A model generated the notes under the pieces. It saw only the letters and a list, made by a program, of their open reading frames with translations. It did not search any database and was not told the origin of the DNA. Positions 7,709 through 16,995 of a stretch of 40,077 nt of DNA are shown here, in pieces. The position numbers were made by a program, and so were the translations under genes. Origin of the DNA: a virus (lineage: Duplodnaviria; Caudoviricetes); IMG/VR virus record IMGVR_UViG_3300020045_006575, positions 1 through 40,077 of that record; one strand, written 5' to 3'. Each line of letters starts with the position of its first letter. Position 1 is the first letter of the stretch.

Positions 7709-8548
7709 ATGAGCAAAAAAAGAATGATCGACACGAGAATATGGTACGACTCATGGATTCGTACTCTTAATGCTCTTGATCGTTACCTATTTTTGTATCT
7801 ATTGACAAACGACAAGTGCACGTTTTGTGGTATTTACGAGTGCCCTCTCGACATAATGGCTGTTGACACAGGGATAGAAAAAGACGAACTCCAGAAAGTT
7901 ATGCTCCCACGCCTAAGACCGAAGGTTGAGTATTGTGATGGATGGGTTTATTTAATCAATTTCAAAAAACACCACGTAAACGAGTCGCCTAACGCAGAGA
8001 AGGGGTATTATTCTGCATTAAGTGAGGTTCCTAGCCATATTTTAAACAAATTTGGCTTAATTAACAAGCCCCTTGAAGCCCCCTCGAGCCCCTTGGAGGG
8101 TCTTGGGTACTCTTCTTCTGCTTCTGCTCTTACTTTTAAGAAGAGAACACCACTTGCTCCAAAGTCGTCGCAAGATGGTTTAATCACTAAAAAAATGAAG
8201 AAGAACAAACTAGGGAGCTACCGTGAGGATCGGGACAGTGAGGCGTATGAGGAAGTGGTTGACCTTGAGACAGGTGAGAAGAAGATCGAAGCACCGAAAA
8301 CCGATCTAAGTGAGAAATACTGGGAGATGATTCATTGGGCCGAAAACCGCCGTGGCTCCAAGTTTTTAAAAGAATCAATCAAAAAACAATTCAAAGCGTT
8401 TAAAATCGCCAGAGAGAATAATATAAGCTCAAGTATGCTCCAAGCGCGATGGGTTGATTTTGAGAAAATAAAGTGGCGACAGGAAAACGGATGGGATTTT
8501 ATGGACATTGTTCTAAACTTTAATAAAAAACATGATCGAAATATCTAA
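7709..8548 (+). CDS. Phage replication initiator / replisome organizer
   Basis: N-terminal RMIDTRIWYD...RYLFLYLLTN...GIYE HTH-type domain; internal iteron-like repeats; directly upstream of the helicase. Confidence 0.75.
   Translation: MSKKRMIDTRIWYDSWIRTLNALDRYLFLYLLTNDKCTFCGIYECPLDIMAVDTGIEKDELQKVMLPRLRPKVEYCDGWVYLINFKKHHVNESPNAEKGYYSALSEVPSHILNKFGLINKPLEAPSSPLEGLGYSSSASALTFKKRTPLAPKSSQDGLITKKMKKNKLGSYREDRDSEAYEEVVDLETGEKKIEAPKTDLSEKYWEMIHWAENRRGSKFLKESIKKQFKAFKIARENNISSSMLQARWVDFEKIKWRQENGWDFMDIVLNFNKKHDRNI
8066..8140 (+). repeat. Putative origin iterons inside the initiator gene
   Basis: AGCCCC at 8067, 8077 and 8087 (10-bp phase) followed by TCTTCT/TCTGCT repeats. Confidence 0.55.
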
Positions 8549-9440
8549 ATTCATACAAGAACTCGAGAAGGAAATAACCGAACTCGGCGCGGCTACCCTC
8601 AAAGAGGAGCAGTTGCTTCGCTTACAGGAAGCGGCGGCCAAGTACGACGGTGAAGACAAACTGATCTCCTCCTTTGAGGTCATGGAACGGATGAAAAATA
8701 GGCCCGAGGAGCAAAAGATACTTTCTGGGTACTCTGGTCTCGATGCCATACTAGGCGGATTTCGCTTAAAACAGCTCGTGGTGGTGTCTGCGGCCACTAA
8801 GTCGGGCAAGACATCGTTTTGCATCGAGATGACCTCTAGGATGTCAAATTTGAACCCTGTATGGTTTCCGTTTGAGGAGGGAGCCGAGGAACTGATACAG
8901 AAATTTATTGATCGCAACGAACAACCCCCCTTGTTTTATACCCCCGAAACAATGTCTGGCAACACGTTATTGTGGATCGAAAAAAAGATCATTGAAGCCA
9001 GAGCAAAATTTGATAGTCGCATCGTTTTCATTGACCACCTCCACTTCATCATCCCCCTCACTGAAGACCGCCAAGATTTAGCAATCGGTCAAGCAATGCG
9101 CGAATTAAAACGCATGGCGAAACAGTGGGACATCGTTGTTGTCCTTATCGCGCATCTCAAAAAAACAAAAGTTGATATACAACCAACCCTTGAAGATTTG
9201 CGCGATTCATCTTTTGTGGCACAGGAGGCCGATACTGTTCTCATGCTTTACCGAGAAAATAAACGAGAGAATGGTGAAGTAATTATCACCGACAACGTGA
9301 ATGTTTCAGTGCAGGCAAACCGTCGGACTGGTAAGACAGGTAACGTAAAAATGGTGTATACTAATGGTAAATTCGAGGAGGGAGAATGGAAGCAGGATGA
9401 AATCGCGGCACACAACGATCGGGTAAACAAAAGCTGGTAA
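8532..9440 (+). CDS. DnaB-like replicative helicase (SF4 C-terminal domain)
   Basis: Walker A AATKSGKT, FIDHLH, IAHLKK, LRDSSFVAQEADTV, NRRTGKTG. Confidence 0.92.
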   Translation: MIEISKFIQELEKEITELGAATLKEEQLLRLQEAAAKYDGEDKLISSFEVMERMKNRPEEQKILSGYSGLDAILGGFRLKQLVVVSAATKSGKTSFCIEMTSRMSNLNPVWFPFEEGAEELIQKFIDRNEQPPLFYTPETMSGNTLLWIEKKIIEARAKFDSRIVFIDHLHFIIPLTEDRQDLAIGQAMRELKRMAKQWDIVVVLIAHLKKTKVDIQPTLEDLRDSSFVAQEADTVLMLYRENKRENGEVIITDNVNVSVQANRRTGKTGNVKMVYTNGKFEEGEWKQDEIAAHNDRVNKSW

Positions 9441-9607
9441 TGATTGCTTCTGAAAACAATTTACGGATTCTGTGGTTACGGCAACAACTTTTAGAACTCA
9501 TGCAAATATCGCTACGATTATATGCACACACAAAAGAAAAACAATTCCTCGACTTTGCTAAATTATTCGGCGCGGATCACAAACAACTCAAAAATGAAAA
9601 AAGATAA
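9440..9607 (+). CDS. Hypothetical protein (55 aa, not in ORF track)
   Basis: TAATG overlap with the helicase stop; MIASENNLRILWLRQQLLE... Confidence 0.55.
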   Translation: MIASENNLRILWLRQQLLELMQISLRLYAHTKEKQFLDFAKLFGADHKQLKNEKR

Positions 9608-9716
9608 CGCAACAATACAAAAAATCATCGCTTACCTCAAAGCTCGCATCCAAGAATCAGGAATAAAAAACGGCGTGTACTCAAAGCAAATTAAAACCCT
9701 CACTACCACGAAATAA
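9594..9716 (+). CDS. Small basic hypothetical protein (40 aa)
   Basis: MKKDNATIQKIIAYLKARIQ...; overlaps the previous gene. Confidence 0.45.
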   Translation: MKKDNATIQKIIAYLKARIQESGIKNGVYSKQIKTLTTTK

Positions 9717-9729
9717 CTATCTTATCCCC

Positions 9730-9757
9730 TTGAATCCCTCCCCCACAGGTATATAAT
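9730..9757 (+). promoter_or_regulatory. Promoter TTGAAT-N16-TATAAT for the packaging operon
   Basis: -35 at 9730-9735, -10 at 9752-9757. Confidence 0.65.
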
Positions 9758-9763
9758 TCTTAC

Positions 9764-9897
9764 AGGTAATATGTGGGGTTTCTCTAAATTAAATAAACAC
9801 CTTTCAAATAAGACTTTGTTCTCACGCTCCGCCAAATCAGACTCGTACTCTGTGGCAAACCATGCTTTGTTCTTTCAAAAACCCCACATACTTACCT
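9764..9897 (+). ncRNA. Candidate leader RNA: 18-bp closing stem around a loop of about 97 nt
   Basis: AGGTAATATGTGGGGTTT 9764-9781 pairs AAACCCCACATA(C)TTACCT 9879-9897; starts at the predicted TSS. Confidence 0.6.
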
Positions 9898-9908
9898 ACT
9901 AATTTTTT

Positions 9909-10100
9909 ATGAATCAAGAATACGAAATAAACTGGTCACGGGTATCCATTTACGCAATTGTTGCTATTTTACTCGGTGTGACCGCCTACCAGCTATGGCC
10001 TAGAACGCAAGATTTGCCACCTACAAGCGATCAAACACCGATTCCCTACCATAACAACGAATGGGACGGCTACGACTGTCCTGCGTGTGATAAATTGTAA
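9909..10100 (+). CDS. Small TM protein with C-terminal CxxC
   Basis: One TM helix; YDCPACD. Confidence 0.65.
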   Translation: MNQEYEINWSRVSIYAIVAILLGVTAYQLWPRTQDLPPTSDQTPIPYHNNEWDGYDCPACDKL

Positions 10101-10105
10101 AAGAA

Positions 10106-10324
10106 ATGATCTACTTCCTCATAGGAATAGTGGCTGGTATATGTCTCAGTGTACTTACTCTTGTTGCGACAGCGCGTTTCAAGACTCCATTAGAGAGAAC
10201 TGTGAATCAATTAGTAGCAAAAACCGCTCCAAAGGGGCAGATTATTGAAGTAGAACCCACTCATGTGGAAACATGGATTAAGGAATTGAAGAAAGAAGAC
10301 CTAGATGAATTGCTCAAAGTGTAA
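10106..10324 (+). CDS. Small N-terminal TM protein
   Basis: MIYFLIGIVAGICLSVLTLVA. Confidence 0.7.
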   Translation: MIYFLIGIVAGICLSVLTLVATARFKTPLERTVNQLVAKTAPKGQIIEVEPTHVETWIKELKKEDLDELLKV

Positions 10325-10625
10325 TAACGAAACAACTAAGTGGCAACTTAAATTCTATAGCGGTATCTGTGCGCTCTGCTACATCCGTCGACCAGAAGCA
10401 ACACGGCCGGTCGTTGGTCAATGGTCCCGCTACCAAAAAGCTGAGTTACATGCACACGCGAAAGACGTATTGCAGCCACTAAAAAAAGACGGTACAATTA
10501 GCAAAGAATTTGTCCAAGCTCACGGGACGAAATCTATTTCAAAAGAGCTTGGCATAAACTCTCGCGTAATCAGACAACAAGTTGACAAACCGACGAAAAC
10601 TGTCAGTGAATTAAGATATGGCTAG
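10305..10625 (+). CDS. Zn-ribbon hypothetical protein
   Basis: CSKC...CALC; DVLQP...SKEFVQAHG motif. Confidence 0.7.
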   Translation: MNCSKCNNETTKWQLKFYSGICALCYIRRPEATRPVVGQWSRYQKAELHAHAKDVLQPLKKDGTISKEFVQAHGTKSISKELGINSRVIRQQVDKPTKTVSELRYG

Positions 10626-11076
10626 GGCACTCACTAAAAAACAAAAAGGGTTTGTAAAAGACTACTTAAAAACTGGTAACGGTCGCATTGCGGCAGAAAA
10701 GAACTATAACGTCACGAACAAAGAAAGCGCACGCGCAGTTGCTTCGGAAGTCTTAACTTCCCCTAACGTAGTGAAAGCTCTCGCCGATCGCTTATCGGAT
10801 GACCTTTTAGAGGAAAGACATTTAGAACTTTTAAACAAGAGAGAACAACTAACACGAATATCAGACGAAGGAGAACTTATTAAGTATGATCTTGGCCCCG
10901 ATGTGCAAGGAGTTTCGAAAGGACTCGACATGGCGTACAAGTTGAAGGGATCATACGCCCCTGAAAAATCACAGGCCTTAAATGTCAACGTAGAGGCTCG
11001 TTTGGAAGACAAAAGTGGTTTAGAGTCTATCAGACAGGAATATGAGGACAAGTTAAAAGCGAGACTGATTGAATGA
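10618..11076 (+). CDS. terS: Terminase small subunit
   Basis: LTKKQKGFVKDYLKTGNGRIAA...ASEVLTSPNV HTH; directly upstream of TerL. Confidence 0.88.
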   Translation: MARALTKKQKGFVKDYLKTGNGRIAAEKNYNVTNKESARAVASEVLTSPNVVKALADRLSDDLLEERHLELLNKREQLTRISDEGELIKYDLGPDVQGVSKGLDMAYKLKGSYAPEKSQALNVNVEARLEDKSGLESIRQEYEDKLKARLIE

Positions 11077-12659
11077 AACTCTCTGATATTTCGATACATG
11101 CCTGGCTACAAGAATATCAAATCAAGAATGAAGCAGGACAATTACTCGACTTCAGGGATCACTTATTCCTCTTTGACATTTACGCAGATCAATCACCGAA
11201 ATTAGTATGTTACAAAGCGGCACAGATAGGTTTCTCAACGATGGCTATTCTCAAGTCAATGTGGCTAGCCAAAACAAAAGGACTCGATATTATCTACACA
11301 ATGCCTTCGTCGAGCGATATGAAGGACTTTGTCGGAGGAAAAGTAAATCGTATTATTAACCAAAATCCTATTCTCTTAGAATATGTCAAAGACAAAGACT
11401 CGGTTGAACAGAAGCAAATTGGGGACAACATTATCTACTATCGAGGAACATGGGGAGAACGAGCAGCAATCGCCGTCTCGTCGGACCTCAACATCCACGA
11501 TGAGGAAGACCGGTCGAAGCAACAAGTCATCCAAACCTACACGTCCCGTCTCCAACACTCTAAGTTCAAATGGGAATGGCATTTCAGTAACCCTTCCGTG
11601 GAAGGGAATGGAGTTAGTAGATATTGGGGAGTTAGTGATCAAAAACATTGGTTCATTACCTGCGGAGGTTGTGAGCGCGAACAATATCTTGATTGGCCCG
11701 ATTCCATTTCCAGTAAAAAACGAGACTTTGTATGCAAGTATTGTGATAAGTCACTCACCAAAGACGATCGCAGAGTTGGCCGTTGGGTTGCAAAATACAA
11801 AAATCGAGAATACTCCGGCTACTGGGTGAGTCTTTTAATGGCTCCGTGGATAACCGCAGATGAAATAATAAAATACTATGAAACCAAATCAGCAGAGTAT
11901 TTCGCAAACTTTGTCCTCGGCCTCCCTTATGTCGGAGAAGGCAATCAAGTCACTCCAGATATTATATTCCGCAACTGCACCAATGAAACTAACAACCAAG
12001 AGAGAATTGTTATCGGGTGCGATTCAGGACTTAAAAAACATTATGTTCTTGGTAACAGAGATGGCATATTTCATGCAGGAATTGCTACCGACTGGGGAGA
12101 AATCGAAGGACTCCTTGCCAAATACGAGCGATCAATCGCCGTTATTGACGCACTCCCAGACCTTACCGAACCACGAAGGCTCCGAGAGAAGTACCCAGGG
12201 AGAGTCTTTCTCTGCCACTACGCGAGAGATAGAAAAACCTTTCAAATAATTAGATGGGGGAAGAACGAGGAAGCGGGGAACGTGGTCGTAGATAGAAACC
12301 GTGGGCTACAGATGGTCATTGACGACTTTGCAAACAAGAAGATACCCCTACAAGGAACGCAGGATGATTGGGTTGAGTTCCAGTCTCATTGGGCCACGCT
12401 CTACAAGATCACTGAACTAGATACACTGGGCGTTCCGCAGTTCTCGTGGGAGTCGTCGAGCGGATTAGATCATTGGTGCCACGCTTCATTGTATTGGCGT
12501 GTTGGGATGGATAGATTTAGAAACGACGGTGGTAAGATATTCACCGGAGAAGAGGTATCGTTTCCGATGAACCCTGTTATAATTAATGATAAGGTAACAT
12601 TCAAACCGAAGTTTATTGTTAATCAACCAGAAAAAAATGATTGGCGGGACATTAATTGA
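11073..12659 (+). CDS. terL: Terminase large subunit (lambda GpA-like ATPase with Zn ribbon)
   Basis: KAAQIGFST Walker A, HDEED Walker B, FSNP, CGGC/CKYC, IGCDSG and DHWCHA nuclease motifs. Confidence 0.92.
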   Translation: MKLSDISIHAWLQEYQIKNEAGQLLDFRDHLFLFDIYADQSPKLVCYKAAQIGFSTMAILKSMWLAKTKGLDIIYTMPSSSDMKDFVGGKVNRIINQNPILLEYVKDKDSVEQKQIGDNIIYYRGTWGERAAIAVSSDLNIHDEEDRSKQQVIQTYTSRLQHSKFKWEWHFSNPSVEGNGVSRYWGVSDQKHWFITCGGCEREQYLDWPDSISSKKRDFVCKYCDKSLTKDDRRVGRWVAKYKNREYSGYWVSLLMAPWITADEIIKYYETKSAEYFANFVLGLPYVGEGNQVTPDIIFRNCTNETNNQERIVIGCDSGLKKHYVLGNRDGIFHAGIATDWGEIEGLLAKYERSIAVIDALPDLTEPRRLREKYPGRVFLCHYARDRKTFQIIRWGKNEEAGNVVVDRNRGLQMVIDDFANKKIPLQGTQDDWVEFQSHWATLYKITELDTLGVPQFSWESSSGLDHWCHASLYWRVGMDRFRNDGGKIFTGEEVSFPMNPVIINDKVTFKPKFIVNQPEKNDWRDIN

Positions 12660-12846
12660 ACTGACGGAAAGTGACGCGGGGCTTTTTATTGAGTTCCGTA
12701 AGTATCAAGATGTTTTTGATATGCTCATGCAGACGGGAGTTTTCGATGTAAAAGGTGGGTCGGTCACCATCCACTTTAACGCGCAGGGACAGATCGCCCG
12801 CGTTGACAAGAATGAGACTGTGTTTTACAGGACAGCAAAGGACTAG
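12637..12846 (+). CDS. Hypothetical protein
   Basis: GVFDVKGGSVTIHFNAQGQI; lies between TerL and portal. Confidence 0.7.
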   Translation: MIGGTLIELTESDAGLFIEFRKYQDVFDMLMQTGVFDVKGGSVTIHFNAQGQIARVDKNETVFYRTAKD

Positions 12847-12851
12847 ACATC

Positions 12852-12944
12852 TGTTGATAAATTCTTCTCATGATTGTGGTATAATAATTGCATAGCCTAA
12901 CCGAACAACGGCGGCACTCCTCATAGGGGTGTCGCTATTTTTAT
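12852..12944 (+). promoter_or_regulatory. Late promoter (TGGTATAAT) with DnaA-like box and terminator-like leader hairpin
   Basis: TGTTGATAA 12852-12860; -10 at 12880-12885; GGCGGCACTCCT/AGGGGTGTCGCT then ATTTTT before ATG 12945. Confidence 0.65.
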
Positions 12945-14810
12945 ATGTCACTACTCGATGGCTTCTTTAGCCTCTCAAGCTCGGTAAATGCGGTAAAAGA
13001 AAAGGACCAAACAGATGGACCTATTGGTTCGTTTTTACCGGAACTCGATATAGACATGGGGGATGAAGAACTCATTGATCTTAAGCGTGGATGGGTAAAA
13101 CAGTGGGAACCGTATGCGAAAGCAATCGATAAAATACAAACTGATAATGAAAACTATTGGCTTGGACAGCAATATAACGCTTCAAATGAGGGTAGACCGC
13201 TCGTCGATAACCTCATTTTTGAGTCATTGGAGACATTCTTACCTATTGCCACACGACCAAAAGCCGACCCGACAGTTGAATCACTAAGCGGAGAAGCAGG
13301 GAATGTTATCGCAAATCGGGTGCGGCAGATGCTCATATACGTCACTGACATCATTGCCTACAATCTAAAAGTCAAACAAGTAGCCCGTTATTGGGCGTTA
13401 TACATGCTTGGTGCGATGAAAGTAGGCTGGTCAATGAAGGAAAACGATATAACATGCGTTGCCATTCGACCGCAGAAGCTCATTTTAGACCACAAAGCGA
13501 CTATCAATGAGGGTGAATATGATGGGTATTACATCGGTGAACAGCTTGAGGACATGGCTTCTGATCTTGTTTTGCGGTTCCCAAAGAAAGAGAAGTTCAT
13601 AAGTGACAAAGTAAAAGGAAAGATGGGGACGAAGGTTCAGTATGTGATGTGGACGACAGATGAATATATGTTTTGGACACTCGATGATGAGGTCCTCGCA
13701 AAGACAAAGAACCCGCACTGGAATTATGAGACTGAACAACTCGCGCCGATGGATCAATTCGGGAATGTTCCATCTAATCCCGATGGCACACCAGTGACAC
13801 AAAAAATACCAGGGAAAAACCATTTCAATCGGCCAAAGAAACCATACGTTTTCCTTTCAGTATTCAACCTCGGGAAACAACCACATGATGATACTAATGT
13901 CGTAGCACAGAATCTTCCATTACAGGATTTAATAAATAAGCGACTGTTGCAGATTGATAAAAACGCTGACAATGCAAACGGTGGACTAGCTGTCTCTGGT
14001 GATGCGTTCACTGTAGATCAGGCGAAGAAGGCTGGAGACGCAAAGCGAAAAGGTGGCGTTATATACGTTCCCACTGGGCCTGTTACGAACGCAGTTGTAG
14101 AACTTACCGGTTCGCCATTACCGGCATTTGTGTACGAATCCCTCCTCGATTACCGTAACGAGTTACGAAATATCTTCGGTACACGAGGCTCGACGCCGCA
14201 AGGAACAGTGAACGAACAGACCGTCCGAGGGAAGGTTATCATCAAAGGTCAAGACTCTGATCGTATTGGTGGTGGTATTTCAACCTATCTTGAGCAATTT
14301 TCAGACAATGTATTTAATTGGTTCGTGCAACTGATGTATGTGTACTATGACGAACCACATGTAGCTTCTGTTCTCGGTGCGGAACGGGCACAGGAGTATA
14401 TCTCTCTTACGTCTTCTGAATTAGGTAAAGCAAAACTCCTTGTCGGAGTTAAGGAAGGATCAATGATCCCCCATGACCCAGTTACCAAACGAAATGAAGC
14501 TGTCGAGCTTTGGGCCGCACAAGCTATTGACCCCATTACCTTATTCGACCGACTGGAATTTCCCAATCCACGGGAGTCTGCGAAGCAGTTGTTTCTTTGG
14601 AAAGCTAACCCGATCGCATTATTCCCCGATCTCCTGGCCGCACAGCAACAACAAATGGCTCAACAGCAGGCACAACAGCAACAGCAGATAGCGACACAGC
14701 AACAAGAGCAACAAAAGGTCGAGCAACAGAAAGCCCAAGGGGCGCAGCACGCGAAGATGCAAGGTGCGGTACTCCAGGGGCTGATTAAAAGCACACAGAT
14801 TAAGAAATAA
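12945..14810 (+). CDS. Portal protein
   Basis: 621 aa after TerL; NLIFESLETFLP, PYVFLS, LQDLINKRLLQI; Gln-rich C-terminal helix as in P22/SU10-type portals. Confidence 0.88.
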   Translation: MSLLDGFFSLSSSVNAVKEKDQTDGPIGSFLPELDIDMGDEELIDLKRGWVKQWEPYAKAIDKIQTDNENYWLGQQYNASNEGRPLVDNLIFESLETFLPIATRPKADPTVESLSGEAGNVIANRVRQMLIYVTDIIAYNLKVKQVARYWALYMLGAMKVGWSMKENDITCVAIRPQKLILDHKATINEGEYDGYYIGEQLEDMASDLVLRFPKKEKFISDKVKGKMGTKVQYVMWTTDEYMFWTLDDEVLAKTKNPHWNYETEQLAPMDQFGNVPSNPDGTPVTQKIPGKNHFNRPKKPYVFLSVFNLGKQPHDDTNVVAQNLPLQDLINKRLLQIDKNADNANGGLAVSGDAFTVDQAKKAGDAKRKGGVIYVPTGPVTNAVVELTGSPLPAFVYESLLDYRNELRNIFGTRGSTPQGTVNEQTVRGKVIIKGQDSDRIGGGISTYLEQFSDNVFNWFVQLMYVYYDEPHVASVLGAERAQEYISLTSSELGKAKLLVGVKEGSMIPHDPVTKRNEAVELWAAQAIDPITLFDRLEFPNPRESAKQLFLWKANPIALFPDLLAAQQQQMAQQQAQQQQQIATQQQEQQKVEQQKAQGAQHAKMQGAVLQGLIKSTQIKK

Positions 14811-14812
14811 GT

Positions 14813-15127
14813 ATGCCCTTCCCTTCACAATCAGCATTTTCGAATCGACAGAGACTTGACAGGGGTGTTGCACGAAGAGCACCAACAATGGGGGTACTCC
14901 CTGATCGAGCTAATCAGGCAGCAGCACTCGCGCGACAGGTAAGTAATAAGACGACGCGTGGCGATGTACCAATTACGGCAGTAGCGGACATAGCAGCAAA
15001 GCACGCAAATATAGCGGGTAAGATACAGGAGAAGATACGCGCCGTCGGGGCGAAGGCGGTGGATATTAAACCGCTCAAAGCACCGGAGGTAGTTGGAATC
15101 AAGAAGAAGGTGATGCCACATTATTAA
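14813..15127 (+). CDS. Basic hypothetical protein
   Basis: ORF between portal and scaffold. Confidence 0.6.
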   Translation: MPFPSQSAFSNRQRLDRGVARRAPTMGVLPDRANQAAALARQVSNKTTRGDVPITAVADIAAKHANIAGKIQEKIRAVGAKAVDIKPLKAPEVVGIKKKVMPHY

Positions 15128-15179
15128 ATTAGATTATGGGTTTGCTCGGAGTTCCCATTCAAAAACCCCTGCGTAAAAT

Positions 15180-15893
15180 ATGAGTGAAGAAATAAAGGCG
15201 GATATTGCAAAGGCGGATGACCCTTTTGCACTACTAGAGAAGGACACTCTACCAGAGTCGCCAACTGAAAAAGAACCAGTGAAAGAAGAGGAAATACCTT
15301 TTCATAAACACCCGCGATGGATTGAAAAACAGAGAGAGATCGAGGAACTACGGTCACGAGAGGAGGAGACTGCGAGGGAACTTGCGGAACTCAAGACTTT
15401 CAAAGCTGAAATAGAACCAAAGATCTCTAATTTACAGCCAGTAGTGTCCAAGATTCCTGATTGGTTTGTAGAACTCTACGGAGAGAATCAAAGTGCGTGG
15501 TCTAAGTATGAGATGCACGAACAAGCAAAGGAACAGGAGATGGAGAGGCGAGTTATTGAACGTCAAGCGGCAACCCAACGGCAACAATCTGAACAGATGG
15601 CCTACTGGGAGAGACGGAACAATCAAGAAATGGACAAGCTCGCGGCGAACGGTAAAGAATTCGACCGCAACGAGTTAGCCCAAACAATGATTAAGTACCA
15701 ACCGATTGATGCGAATGGACTCTTTGACTTCGAGAAAGGCTACGAAATATACGAAGCCTTCAAGAAGAAGCCTGATCCCGCTCACGCGCTTGCTCGTAAG
15801 ACTCTCGCTGATACCACCACAAAAACTACGACAGCTGGTGAGCGGAAGAAAGACTATAAAACTGCTCACGATTTGCGTGGTAAACCTTGGTAG
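15180..15893 (+). CDS. Capsid scaffolding protein
   Basis: Charged coiled coil with IPFHKHPRW motif; directly upstream of the capsid gene. Confidence 0.75.
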   Translation: MSEEIKADIAKADDPFALLEKDTLPESPTEKEPVKEEEIPFHKHPRWIEKQREIEELRSREEETARELAELKTFKAEIEPKISNLQPVVSKIPDWFVELYGENQSAWSKYEMHEQAKEQEMERRVIERQAATQRQQSEQMAYWERRNNQEMDKLAANGKEFDRNELAQTMIKYQPIDANGLFDFEKGYEIYEAFKKKPDPAHALARKTLADTTTKTTTAGERKKDYKTAHDLRGKPW

Positions 15894-15916
15894 AAATTAT
15901 AAATTAACTTACTAAC

Positions 15917-16972
15917 ATGTCTGCACTTGGAACAAGAGTTACAACAACAACGCAAGACGACATCGAACCAAAGGTAGTTGACACTATCTTAAATGGTAAT
16001 GTCTTTGCGACTCGTGTACTTTCAAAGGCGGCAAAGTGGAATGGTGAGAGAAAGAAGTACCCAATTAAGTATGCAAAGAATACGACGGGTACTTCATTCG
16101 CAGGCTTTGATACGTTTTCAACTTCAGCAACGGACAACCGTGTGAACCTTGAATTCGTACCGAAGTTCTACCAGATCACTTGTGCTTTGCCTCTCGATGA
16201 ATTGTCAGGAAACGCAACAGAAGCGAAAGTAATTGATTTGGCTAAGATTGAGATGGCTTCAACCGCTCAAGATATGGCTGATGATATCGGCACGCTTTTC
16301 TACTCAACAGGAACGGGTAATGGCTCAAAGGATTTCCTCGGACTCGAGGCTATCGTTGACGATGGCACAAACGCATCAACCTACGGTACATTGTCTCGCA
16401 CAACGTACCCGACACTGAGTTCAACAGTGACCGCTTCTTCAGGAACAATCTCACTTGCGAAGATGGCAACTCTGTATAACGCCGCATCGTCTGGTGCACA
16501 AACACCAACGCTCGGTCTTACGACGGAGGCTATTTTCAACCTGTACGAATCTCTTCTACAGCCACAGGAACAAATTGCTAAAAATGTCCCTATGATGAAA
16601 GGAGGGCAGGGACGAGGATTGAATTCAACACAAGGGATGATTGGTGGTTCTGGCTTCACTGGTCTTTACTACAAAGGCTTCCCTATCCTCGCGGATGAGA
16701 AGTGTACTTCAGGAGTTCTCTACTTTATCAATGAAGATTTCATTGAATGGGTAGCACTTCCTGTTGCTATGACTTCGCCGATCAAGTACCGCTCACAGGA
16801 CATCGAAGGAAATGATTACTCTGATGTTCAGGGTCTTGGTTTTTCTGCGACAGATTGGATGATGGCGCAAAACGCCGCTTCAGTGGTGAAGCACATCTAT
16901 CTCGGTGGCGAATTGGTCAGCGCGAATCCTAAAAGACACGCTAAACTCACTGGTATCACATCTGCTGCGTAA
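15917..16972 (+). CDS. Major capsid protein (HK97 fold)
   Basis: 351 aa; FLGLEAIVDD, GFTGLYYKGFPILADEKC, LYFINED, NPKRHAKLTGIT. Confidence 0.9.
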   Translation: MSALGTRVTTTTQDDIEPKVVDTILNGNVFATRVLSKAAKWNGERKKYPIKYAKNTTGTSFAGFDTFSTSATDNRVNLEFVPKFYQITCALPLDELSGNATEAKVIDLAKIEMASTAQDMADDIGTLFYSTGTGNGSKDFLGLEAIVDDGTNASTYGTLSRTTYPTLSSTVTASSGTISLAKMATLYNAASSGAQTPTLGLTTEAIFNLYESLLQPQEQIAKNVPMMKGGQGRGLNSTQGMIGGSGFTGLYYKGFPILADEKCTSGVLYFINEDFIEWVALPVAMTSPIKYRSQDIEGNDYSDVQGLGFSATDWMMAQNAASVVKHIYLGGELVSANPKRHAKLTGITSAA

Positions 16973-16995
16973 ACTTATTAGTCTAAAATAAAAAC

